From positions 51,769-70,660 of the forward strand of contig JAWLBL010000002.1 in NCBI GenBank assembly GCA_041687695.1: a stretch of 18,892 nt of DNA, given 5' to 3'. The DNA is from Myxococcota bacterium (GTDB taxonomy: Bacteria; Myxococcota_A; UBA9042; PHBI01; JAWLBL01). The notes beneath the pieces were generated by a model. It searched no databases and was not told the DNA's origin. It saw nothing but the letters and a program-made list of their open reading frames with translations. The translations under genes were made by a program, and so were the position numbers. Shown here one piece after another: positions 8,675 through 16,714 of the stretch (the first letter of the stretch is position 1; each line of letters begins with the position of its first letter).

Positions 8675-8680
8675 GTCGGC

Positions 8681-8698
8681 TGTTACCTTCGTGTCACC
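8681..8698 (+). promoter_or_regulatory. Heptamer direct repeat with 11-bp period; candidate wHTH/SARP-type binding site
   Basis: TGTTACC-ttcg-TGTCACC begins 6 nt after the regulator stop and ends 71 nt upstream of the giant lipoprotein ATG. Confidence 0.5.
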
Positions 8699-8769
8699 CC
8701 GGCCGCGGGAGCCTCGGGCCGCGGACGCGACCTCGGTCGCGGACGTACCACGCGTCAGGGGAGAGGACG

Positions 8770-11700
8770 ATGGGGACGTCGAGGGTGCGGAGCGGCTGGG
8801 GGCTGGGGATCGCGGTCCTGCTGGCCGTGGCGGCGGGGGGCTTCGGGGTGAGCGGGTGCGGCGACGTCGTCGTGCCCAGCGAGTCCTTGCCGGACGGGGA
8901 CCAGGGGGGCTCGTCCGACGTGAAGGGACCCGACGCGGCGGGCGAGGACATCGGCGGCCAGCCCGACGTCGCGACGACCCTCGACGTCGCCTCGGATCCG
9001 GGGCCGGGTGAGCCGGACGCGGTGGAGGGATCGGACGTGGGGCCGGACGCGGAGCCGGACGTGCAGGCCGACACCGGGCCCGACGCCGAGCCCGACGTGC
9101 CGCCGGTGGACGAGTGCCCCGACGACCCGGCCAAGCTGGCGCCGGGCGTGTGCGGCTGCGGCGTGGCGGACACCGACTCCGACGCGGACGGCACGCCCGA
9201 CTGCGACGACGGCTGCCCCGACGACCCGAACAAGATCGCGCCGGGCGCCTGCGGGTGCGGGGTGCCGAACGTGGACAGCGACGACGACGGGACGGTCGAC
9301 TGCAAGGACGAGTGCCCGCTCGACCCGGACAAGGTGAAGGCGGGGGCGTGCGGGTGCGGCGTGGCCGACGTGGACTCGGACGGCGACGGGGCGCTGGACT
9401 GCCAGGAGGAGTGCCCGCTCGACCCGGCCAAGCTGGCGCCGGGCGCGTGCGGGTGCGGCGTGGGGGACCTGGACACGGATCTGGACGGGACGCCCGACTG
9501 CGAGGACGGCTGTTTGTTCGACGCGGCCAAGACCGAGGCGGGCCTGTGCGGCTGCGGGGTGGCCGAGGTCGACACCGACGGCGACGGGACGCCCGACTGC
9601 AAGGACGGCTGCCCCACGGACGCGGGCAAGACCGAGGCCGGCAAGTGCGGCTGCGGCAACGTAGACGCCGACGGGGACGGCGACGGGACGCCGGACTGCA
9701 AGGACGGCTGCCCGGCGGACGGCGGCAAGACCGCGCCCGGCAAGTGCGGGTGCGGCGTGAGCGACGTGGACGGCGATGGAGACGGGACGCCCGACTGCAG
9801 CGACGGGTGCCCCGAGGACCCGAGCAAGACCGCGGCCGGCAAGTGCGGGTGCGGGGTGGCGGAGACGGACTCGGACGGCGACGGGACGCCGGACTGCAAC
9901 GACGAGTGCCCGCTGGACCCGGCCAAGACGGTGCAGGGCAAGTGCGGGTGCGGCGTGACCGAGACGGACGGGGACGGCGACGGGACGCCCGACTGCAACG
10001 ACAGCTGCCCGAGCGACCCGAAGAAGGCGGCGCCGGGGGCCTGCGGGTGCGGGCTGCCCGACGTGGACACCGACGGCGACGGCGTGCTCGACTGCTTCGA
10101 CGGCTGCCCCGGCGACCCGGACAAGACGGTGGGCGGCGTGTGCGGGTGCGGCCTGGCGGACGAGGACTCGGACGACAACGGCCTCGTCGACTGCCTGGAG
10201 ACGTGCCCGGACGACCCGGACAAGGAGCTGGCGGGCGTGTGCGGGTGCGGCGTGCCGGACGAGGACGACGACGGCGACGGCACGATGGACTGCATCGACG
10301 GCTGCCCGGAGGACTCGGGCAAGACGCAGCCGGGCGCCTGCGGCTGCGGGCAGGTGGACGTCGACTCGGACGGCGACGGTGCGCTCGACTGCTTCGACGG
10401 GTGCCCGAGCGACGCGGCCAAGACGCTGCCCGGCCTGTGCGGCTGCGGGACGAGCGACGTCGACTCGGACGGCGACGGGGTGCCGGACTGTGACGACGCG
10501 TGCCCGAGCGACCCGGACAAGGCGGCGGCGGGGGTGTGCGGGTGCGGGACCAGCGAGGTCGACGCGGACGGGGACGGGACGCCGGACTGCGAGGACGCGT
10601 GCCCGGCGGACGCGACCAAGGTGGCGCCGGGGCTGTGCGGTTGCGGGGCGAGCGACGTCGACTCGGACGGCGACGGGGTGCCCGACTGCGACGACGCGTG
10701 CCCGAGCGACGACGAGAAGCTGGCGCCCGGGTTGTGCGGGTGCGGGACCAGCGACGTGGACAGCGACGGCGACGGGACGCCGGACTGCGACGACGGGTGC
10801 CCGGCCGACGGCGGCAAGGTGGCGCCCGGGGTGTGCGGGTGCGGGACGGCCGACGTGGATGGTGACGGCGACGGGACCAAGGACTGCCAGGACGGCTGCC
10901 CGAGCGACCCGGCCAAGACGGCGCCGGGGCCGTGCGGGTGCGGCGGCGGGCCGGACGTCGACTCGGACGGCGACGGGGTGGCGGACTGCAACGACGGGTG
11001 CCCGGCGGACCCGGGCAAGACCGAGGCGGGGCAGTGTGGGTGCGGCGTGGCGGACACGGACGGCGACGGAGACGGCACGGCGGACTGTCTGGACGGCTGC
11101 CCCACGGATCCGGACAAGGTGGCGCCCGGGGTGTGCGGGTGCGGCGTGAGCGACATCGACAAGGACAAGGACGGGACGCCGAGCTGCATCGACGGCTGCC
11201 CGGGCGACCCGAAGAAGGTGGAGCCGGGGATCTGCGGGTGCGGGGTGGCCGACGTGGACGATAACGGTGACGGGATCCCGGACTGCCTGGACGCGTGCCC
11301 GGACGACCCGGACAAGAGCGACCCGGGCGAGTGCGGGTGCGGCGTGGCGGACGTGGACTCGGACGGGGACGGGCTGCTGGACTGCTTCGACGGGTGCCCC
11401 GGGGACGCGGAGAAGACGGCGCCGGGGGCGTGCGGGTGCGGCGTGAGCGACGTGGACACCGACGGCGACGGGACGCTGGACTGCTTCGACGAGTGCCCGG
11501 AGGACGCGGCCAAGTCGGCGCCGGGCGCGTGCGGGTGCGGCGAGGTCGACGTCGACGGCGACGGCGACGGGGTGATGGACTGCGTGGACGGGTGCCCTGG
11601 GGACGCGGCGAAGACGGCGCCGGGGGTGTGCGGGTGCGGGACGGCCGACGTCGACGGCGACGCGGACGGCGTGGCCGACTGCCTGGACAACTGCCCGAGC

Positions 11701-14202
11701 GTGAGCAACGCCGGGCAGGAGGACGCGGACGGGGACGGGCTGGGGGACGTGTGCGACCCGTGCACCGACGCGGACGGGGACGGCTTCGGCGTGGGGCCGC
11801 TGATGGACGGGTGCGCGGGCGGCGCGGCGCTGGACTGCGACGACGGCAGCGCATGGGTCTATCCGGGGGCGCCCGAGATCCTGGCCAACGGCGCGGACGA
11901 GGACTGCGACGGCGGCGACGCCTGCGTGGCCGACTTCGACCTCGACGGGCAGTGGGACGCGAAGAACGAGACCGTGCCGACCGTGCTGCTCGGCGGCGAC
12001 GGGCTGCGCTTTCGGTACGCGCTGGACCTGATGGGGCTGCCCTACGTGAAGGTGAGCGACCCGGTGGAGCTGGCGGCGGTCTACGGCGACGGGACGGGGT
12101 GGGATCTGCTGATCCTCGACGAGAGCATCAGCTCTGCGGTCTGGCCGGCCGAGCTGGGAGAGGTGCTCGACCTGCACGTCAATGAGCTGCAACGCGAGGC
12201 CATCGTCCACTACAGAGGGCTGGAGGCGGACGCAGCGGCGCAGGCGATCCTGGGCGTGGAGATCGGCGCGGGCGGAGGCGCCCTGTCGCCGGCCCCGGAG
12301 GCGCCCGTGAACCTGTTCGACCTGGTCGAGACGGTGGGCGTGCCCTTCGCCGAGGGCGCGATCGGCGGCGGCGCCGTCGTCGAGCCGTTCGACGGCGTGG
12401 CGCTGGCGCGCGGCGCCCAGGGAGGCGTGGCCGTCGCCATGCTGCGCGACCGGCGGGTGCTGCTCAACGCCTTCGGGCACACGCACATCGCCGATCTGGA
12501 CGGCGACGGCGTGCTGGACCTGCGCGAGGTGCACGCGAACCAGGTCCATCTGATGCTGGCCAACTACGTGCCGCAGGGGTTCGAGGGCGGCTGGGCGCGG
12601 CCGTCGGACGACCTGGCCTGCGACGGCCCCGGAGAGGTCGGGCTGAAAGACGTCGGCGACTGCGACGACGGCGACGCCAGCGTGTACACGGGCGCCCCCG
12701 ACGTGCCGGACGGCGTCGACCGCAACTGCGACGGGTTCGACGGGACGCCGGGTGACGGCGTCTTCGTGTCGCCCACGGGCACCGACGTCGCGGGCTGCGG
12801 GCTCATGGGCTCGCCGTGCCTGACCGTGGGCACCGCGGTGACCCGGGCGAAGTCATGGGGCCGTCCGTTCGTGTACGTGGGCGGCGCGGCGGCGGGCACG
12901 ACCTATGCCGAGAGCGTGGCCCTGCCGGACGGCCTGAGCCTGGTCGGCGGCTTCGACGCGACGACGTGGCAGCGCGGGACGGGCGTGGAGACGCGGATCG
13001 TCGCGCCGGCCGGCGCTCCGGCGCTGGTGGTGAGCGGGTACACCGAGGTCGGGCGGGTCGAGGGGATGACCCTGATGGGCAGCAGCGCGGCGGCGGCGGG
13101 ATCGTCGGCGCGAGCGGTAGTCGTCGAGGGCGTGTCGGGGACGTTGCGCTTCGTGGACTGCCTCGTCGAGGCCGGGGCGGGCAAGGCCGGCGCGGCCGGT
13201 ACGGGCGGTGTCACCGGCAAGGCGGGGGTGCAGGGCGGCAGCGGCGGCAACGGGACCAGCTCGGCGGCGGGCAAGGGCGGCTCCGGCGGCTACGTCGCCT
13301 GCAACACCGGCGGCACCAGCCAGGGGCTCGGGGGCGGCGCGGGCGGCATCGCGTCGACGGATTCGGCCGAGAGCAAGGGGAGCAACGGCGTCGGCAAGTG
13401 GGCCGGCAAGGGCGGCGCGGGATGCTACTCGCTGACGTCCTGCATCGCCTCGTCCGGTACGGCCGGCAGCCGAGACCCCGATCTGTCGCACGGCGCCAAC
13501 GGGTCCAAGCCGACGTCGCAGTGGCTGGGGGGGCTGTCGGGGACGGCCTGGACCCCGATCGGCGGCAACGGCGGCACCACCGGCGGGCATGGCCGGTCGG
13601 GCCACGGCGGCGGGGGCGGCGGCGGGGCGCTGGCCTCGTATCCGACCACCGGGACCTACAAGGGCTTCGGCGGCGGCGGGGGCGGTGGCGGCTCGGGCGG
13701 CTGCGGCGGCTCGGGGGGCGGCGGCGGCAAGGGCGGCGGCGCGTCCATTGGCGTGATGGTGCTCGACAGCGCCGGGACGGTCGAGCTGGTCGGCTGCGCC
13801 GTCGTCACGGCGAACGGCGGCGCGGGCGGCAAGGGCGGCTCGGGCGGCGGCGGCGGCGCGGGCGGCGGGGCCGGGTCCGGTGGGGCCCCCTCGGGGGTGG
13901 GGACCAAGGCGGCCGGCGGCGGCGGCGGCAAGGGCTCGGCCGGCGGCGCGGGGCGGGGCGGCGGCGGCGGCAGCGGCGGCGCGGGCGGCCCCAGCGTGGG
14001 CGTGCTGGTGGTTGGCAAGGTGCCCAAGCTGACCAGCAGCGACGTCGAGCCCGGCGCGGGCGGGGCGGCCGGCGCGGGCGGCGCCCACGGGGCGGGCCAG
14101 GCCTCGGCCCCCTCGGGGGACACCGGCGCCGCCTGCGAGGTCCTGCGCTGGGACGCCAAGTGCGGCTACGGCTGCGCGAGCGCGGCCCACGCGTGCCCGT
14201 GA
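8770..14202 (+). CDS. Giant predicted lipoprotein (1810 aa): acidic Pro/Asp linker, 26 thrombospondin type-3-like Cys/Asp repeats, two MopE-like motifs, central alpha/beta domain, DUF1565-like/beta-helix region, Gly-rich tail
   Basis: ATG 8770 after GGAGAGG. Signal peptide ends in lipobox VSG-C30. Canonical TSP3 unit DNCPSVSNAGQEDADGDGLGDVCD at 11686. MopE-like DCDDGSAWVYPGAPEILANGADEDCDG (~11833) and DCDDGDASVYTGAPDVPDGVDRNCDG (~12658). VFVSPTGTD..GCG...SPCLTV (~12760). Gly-rich ~13170-14130. The ORF-track start at 7810 overlaps the regulator and is spurious. Confidence 0.9.
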   Translation: MGTSRVRSGWGLGIAVLLAVAAGGFGVSGCGDVVVPSESLPDGDQGGSSDVKGPDAAGEDIGGQPDVATTLDVASDPGPGEPDAVEGSDVGPDAEPDVQADTGPDAEPDVPPVDECPDDPAKLAPGVCGCGVADTDSDADGTPDCDDGCPDDPNKIAPGACGCGVPNVDSDDDGTVDCKDECPLDPDKVKAGACGCGVADVDSDGDGALDCQEECPLDPAKLAPGACGCGVGDLDTDLDGTPDCEDGCLFDAAKTEAGLCGCGVAEVDTDGDGTPDCKDGCPTDAGKTEAGKCGCGNVDADGDGDGTPDCKDGCPADGGKTAPGKCGCGVSDVDGDGDGTPDCSDGCPEDPSKTAAGKCGCGVAETDSDGDGTPDCNDECPLDPAKTVQGKCGCGVTETDGDGDGTPDCNDSCPSDPKKAAPGACGCGLPDVDTDGDGVLDCFDGCPGDPDKTVGGVCGCGLADEDSDDNGLVDCLETCPDDPDKELAGVCGCGVPDEDDDGDGTMDCIDGCPEDSGKTQPGACGCGQVDVDSDGDGALDCFDGCPSDAAKTLPGLCGCGTSDVDSDGDGVPDCDDACPSDPDKAAAGVCGCGTSEVDADGDGTPDCEDACPADATKVAPGLCGCGASDVDSDGDGVPDCDDACPSDDEKLAPGLCGCGTSDVDSDGDGTPDCDDGCPADGGKVAPGVCGCGTADVDGDGDGTKDCQDGCPSDPAKTAPGPCGCGGGPDVDSDGDGVADCNDGCPADPGKTEAGQCGCGVADTDGDGDGTADCLDGCPTDPDKVAPGVCGCGVSDIDKDKDGTPSCIDGCPGDPKKVEPGICGCGVADVDDNGDGIPDCLDACPDDPDKSDPGECGCGVADVDSDGDGLLDCFDGCPGDAEKTAPGACGCGVSDVDTDGDGTLDCFDECPEDAAKSAPGACGCGEVDVDGDGDGVMDCVDGCPGDAAKTAPGVCGCGTADVDGDADGVADCLDNCPSVSNAGQEDADGDGLGDVCDPCTDADGDGFGVGPLMDGCAGGAALDCDDGSAWVYPGAPEILANGADEDCDGGDACVADFDLDGQWDAKNETVPTVLLGGDGLRFRYALDLMGLPYVKVSDPVELAAVYGDGTGWDLLILDESISSAVWPAELGEVLDLHVNELQREAIVHYRGLEADAAAQAILGVEIGAGGGALSPAPEAPVNLFDLVETVGVPFAEGAIGGGAVVEPFDGVALARGAQGGVAVAMLRDRRVLLNAFGHTHIADLDGDGVLDLREVHANQVHLMLANYVPQGFEGGWARPSDDLACDGPGEVGLKDVGDCDDGDASVYTGAPDVPDGVDRNCDGFDGTPGDGVFVSPTGTDVAGCGLMGSPCLTVGTAVTRAKSWGRPFVYVGGAAAGTTYAESVALPDGLSLVGGFDATTWQRGTGVETRIVAPAGAPALVVSGYTEVGRVEGMTLMGSSAAAAGSSARAVVVEGVSGTLRFVDCLVEAGAGKAGAAGTGGVTGKAGVQGGSGGNGTSSAAGKGGSGGYVACNTGGTSQGLGGGAGGIASTDSAESKGSNGVGKWAGKGGAGCYSLTSCIASSGTAGSRDPDLSHGANGSKPTSQWLGGLSGTAWTPIGGNGGTTGGHGRSGHGGGGGGGALASYPTTGTYKGFGGGGGGGGSGGCGGSGGGGGKGGGASIGVMVLDSAGTVELVGCAVVTANGGAGGKGGSGGGGGAGGGAGSGGAPSGVGTKAAGGGGGKGSAGGAGRGGGGGSGGAGGPSVGVLVVGKVPKLTSSDVEPGAGGAAGAGGAHGAGQASAPSGDTGAACEVLRWDAKCGYGCASAAHACP
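9109..11685 (+). repeat. 26 tandem 99-bp (33-aa) intragenic repeats, consensus DxCPxDPxKxxPGxCGCGxxDxDxDGDGxxDCx
   Basis: Counted 26 CGCG cores. Span = 26x99+3 bp because unit 19 has one extra residue. Four Cys are invariant in each unit. Confidence 0.95.
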
Positions 14203-14210
14203 GCGTCCGA

Positions 14211-14234
14211 ATCAGGCGCCGGCGGGCGCCTGAT
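14211..14234. terminator. Hairpin between convergent genes; possible bidirectional terminator
   Basis: ATCAGGCGCC-ggcg-GGCGCCTGAT, a perfect 10-bp stem starting 8 nt after the stop at 14202. No U-tract. Confidence 0.5.
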
Positions 14235-14332
14235 CACCCCATCTCGTCTCTCGGCGCTGGTGCGGGCGTGGGCGGGACGCCTCCTCTGGGTAGGCGTTCG
14301 GCAGACCCCGCCCGTCGTCGGGGGGGCCCGCG

Positions 14333-15586
14333 TCAGAGGTAGCGGTCGGGCGAGAGCAGCGCGAGGGAGACCGACGGCGGCTCGCCCGCGAGCACCTCGG
14401 CGAGGAGCTTGCCCGTGATGGGGCCGAGGCTCATCCCCATCATGGCGTGGCCGGTGCCGAGGGCGAGGTTGTCCCAGCGCGCGGGCCGCCCGACGTAGGG
14501 CAGGCCGTCGGGCGAGCAGGGCCGCAGGCCCGACGAGGGCGTCGCGGTGGCGAAGTCCTCCTCGCTGAAGTCGGGCAGGTGCTTCAGCGCCGCCTTGACG
14601 ATGCCGCGGACGCGCGCGGGGTTCATCCGCTCGTCCAGGCCCGCGATCTCCATCGTCCCCCCAAAGCGCAGCGCCTGTCCGATGGGGGTGATGGCGACGC
14701 GCGCCTCGGTGAGGATGATGCCGTGCGCCGCCTGCTGCGGCGGCGAGGGGAGGGTCATGCTGTAGCCCTTGCCGCCCTGCATCGGCAGCTTCACGGCGAG
14801 CCCGGCCACGACCCGCGGCGACCAGGCGCCCCCGCACACGAGGAACTCGTCGGCGGAATGCTCGCCGCGCGAGGTGCGGACCGCGTCGATCCGCCGGCCG
14901 CTCGTGCGCCAGCCGGTGACCTCGGTCTCCCACAGGAACGCGACGCCCCGCTCGGCGAGGCGCCGCCCCATGACGGCCATGAACCGGTATGGCGCGAGGA
15001 TGGCGTCGTCCGGGTAGAAGACGCCGCCGGTCGTGCGGATGCGCAGCCGCGGCTCCATGCGCTCGACGTCGGCCGGCGTCACCACCTCGCCCCGCGAGCC
15101 GATCCGCGTGGCGAACTCGCCCTTGTTCACCTCCTTGGCGAAGCCCTCCTCCGTCGTGGCGAGGTTGAGGATGCCGGTCTCGGCGAAGCCGAAGTCGTCG
15201 CCGAGGTCGCGGGCGAGCTGCCGGTAGCAGGCGAGGCTCCCGAAGTTGAGGTCGCGCAGGACCGGGGCCGCCTGCTCGACCCGCTCGGGCGTCGAGGCGC
15301 GGAAGAACTTCCAGCCCCAGGAGATGAGCTCCGGGTCGAGCCGGGGCTTGATGTAGAAGGGGCTCTCGTCGTCCCACATGTACTTGAAGGCGACGCGCAT
15401 CATCCCCGGCGCCGCGAGCGGCACGACGTGGCTCGGGGTCACGTAGCCGGCGTTGACGTACGAGGCCCCGGCGCGCTCGGCGGGGGCGCGGTCGAGCACG
15501 GTCACGCGCCACCCGCGCTCGGCGGCGTACCAGGCCGTGTTGAGCCCGACGACGCCCGCACCGATGACCAGGACTTGTTTGCTCAT
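14333..15586 (-). CDS. FAD-dependent oxidoreductase, D-amino acid dehydrogenase (DadA/DAO) family, 417 aa
   Basis: N-terminal Rossmann VLVIGAGVVG, GASYVNAG, VPLAAPG, GKGYS, GLRPCSPDGLPYVG and GHAMMGMSLGPITG. Substrate cannot be determined from the sequence. Confidence 0.92.
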   Translation of the reverse strand: MSKQVLVIGAGVVGLNTAWYAAERGWRVTVLDRAPAERAGASYVNAGYVTPSHVVPLAAPGMMRVAFKYMWDDESPFYIKPRLDPELISWGWKFFRASTPERVEQAAPVLRDLNFGSLACYRQLARDLGDDFGFAETGILNLATTEEGFAKEVNKGEFATRIGSRGEVVTPADVERMEPRLRIRTTGGVFYPDDAILAPYRFMAVMGRRLAERGVAFLWETEVTGWRTSGRRIDAVRTSRGEHSADEFLVCGGAWSPRVVAGLAVKLPMQGGKGYSMTLPSPPQQAAHGIILTEARVAITPIGQALRFGGTMEIAGLDERMNPARVRGIVKAALKHLPDFSEEDFATATPSSGLRPCSPDGLPYVGRPARWDNLALGTGHAMMGMSLGPITGKLLAEVLAGEPPSVSLALLSPDRYL

Positions 15587-15820
15587 GGACGCCCCGCGAG
15601 GTCTATGAAGGCCCGACCGCCTCGCCTAAGGAGTTGGTCACCGCGGCCCCCTCGAGCAAGCTTCGGCCCCCGGCCGTCGTCGTCGCTGGTGGCGGCGCGG
15701 CGGCGTTGGGCGAGGAGCTCGAGGCGACCGTGACGTCCGTCCCTGCCGGCTGAGCCGGGTCGCGGCGGCGGGGCGAAATAGGGGCGACGCGGGCCGCCGG
15801 GTGCATTAGAACGCCCGGCC

Positions 15821-16714
15821 ATGGAATCGCTTCGCGTCTTCATGAGCATCAGCCGGCTGCACATCGTCGCCATCGCGACGCTGGGCACCTTCACCTTCGG
15901 GTGGCTGTTCACCGGGACCTACCCTTGGGCCCTCGCCGCCATCTGCGCCCTGGACTGGTTCATCGTGAACCTGCTCAACCGGGTCGTGGACCTGGAGGAG
16001 GACCGGGTCAACCGCATCACCGGCGTCGGCTTCGTCGACCGCCACCGCCGCGCCATCACCGTGGGCGGCTTCGCGCTGCTCATCGCCTCGCTGATCGGCG
16101 TGGCGCTGGTCCTGCCCGAGCTGACCTGGCTGCGCCTGGGCTTCCACAGCCTGGGCCTGGCCTACAACTGGCCCATCCTGCCCGGGCGGCGCCGCATCAA
16201 GCAGCTGTACTTCTTCAAGAACACCGCCAGCGCCCTGGGCTTCGTCATCACGGTCTTCCTCTTCCCGCTGGCCACCGCCGGCTGGGGCGCCGACCCGACC
16301 GCGCTGGCCGCAGGCATCCGCCCCGAGACGCTCTGGCTCAGCGGCGCCTTCTTCGTGCTGTTCGAGCTGAGCTACGAGGTCATCTACGATCTCCGCGACG
16401 AGCCCGGCGACCGCGCCGCCGGCGTCATGACCTACCCGGTCGTCCACGGCGCCGCCGGCGCCATGCGCATCACCGACGGCCTCATCGGCGCCAGCGCCCT
16501 GTTCCTGGTCGTCGGCTACGCCACGGCGGCCGTCCCCTGGCGCATCTTCGTCATGATCCTGGCCCCGGCGCTGAACCTGGCCTTCTACAAGCGCGCCGTC
16601 CGCCGCGGGATCACCTCGGGCGACTGCATCCGCCTGACCTGGATCGGCGCCGCCCTGCTGCTCGCCTATCACCTGTGGGTCGTCGCCGGCCTGCCCGGCG
16701 TGGAGGTGCCGTGA
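15821..16714 (+). CDS. UbiA-superfamily intramembrane prenyltransferase, 297 aa
   Basis: Two Asp-rich motifs, NRVVDLEEDRVN and YDLRDEPGDRAAGVMTYP. AYNWP...RIKQLYFFKN loop. About 8-9 hydrophobic segments. Confidence 0.88.
   Translation: MESLRVFMSISRLHIVAIATLGTFTFGWLFTGTYPWALAAICALDWFIVNLLNRVVDLEEDRVNRITGVGFVDRHRRAITVGGFALLIASLIGVALVLPELTWLRLGFHSLGLAYNWPILPGRRRIKQLYFFKNTASALGFVITVFLFPLATAGWGADPTALAAGIRPETLWLSGAFFVLFELSYEVIYDLRDEPGDRAAGVMTYPVVHGAAGAMRITDGLIGASALFLVVGYATAAVPWRIFVMILAPALNLAFYKRAVRRGITSGDCIRLTWIGAALLLAYHLWVVAGLPGVEVP

Noticed and set aside
7810..8769. N-terminal extension of the 2130-aa ORF, suggesting a regulator-lipoprotein fusion or frameshift
   Set aside because: Out-of-frame overlap with the BTAD region. 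The regulator has its own stop, and the lipoprotein has an SD and lipobox signal at 8770.
9109..11685. CRISPR-like periodic array
   Set aside because: The period is 99 bp with codon-position degeneracy inside an ORF. There is no invariant repeat/unique spacer structure and no cas genes.
7427..12549. Long antisense ORFs (1475, 1023 and 1264 aa) over the repeat region
   Set aside because: Stop-poor antisense frames of a GC-rich repetitive gene, with low-complexity mirror translations.
15587..15820. Glycine riboswitch upstream of the dadA-like gene, and small ORFs 15583..15912 and 15603..15806
   Set aside because: Only a lone CCGAAG is present, without the other conserved aptamer blocks. The ORFs lack an SD and protein-like composition.
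15901..16713. N-terminal 271 aa of the 570-aa ORF
   Set aside because: Shadow frame of ubiA. The real gene starts at the TGATG overlap at 16714.
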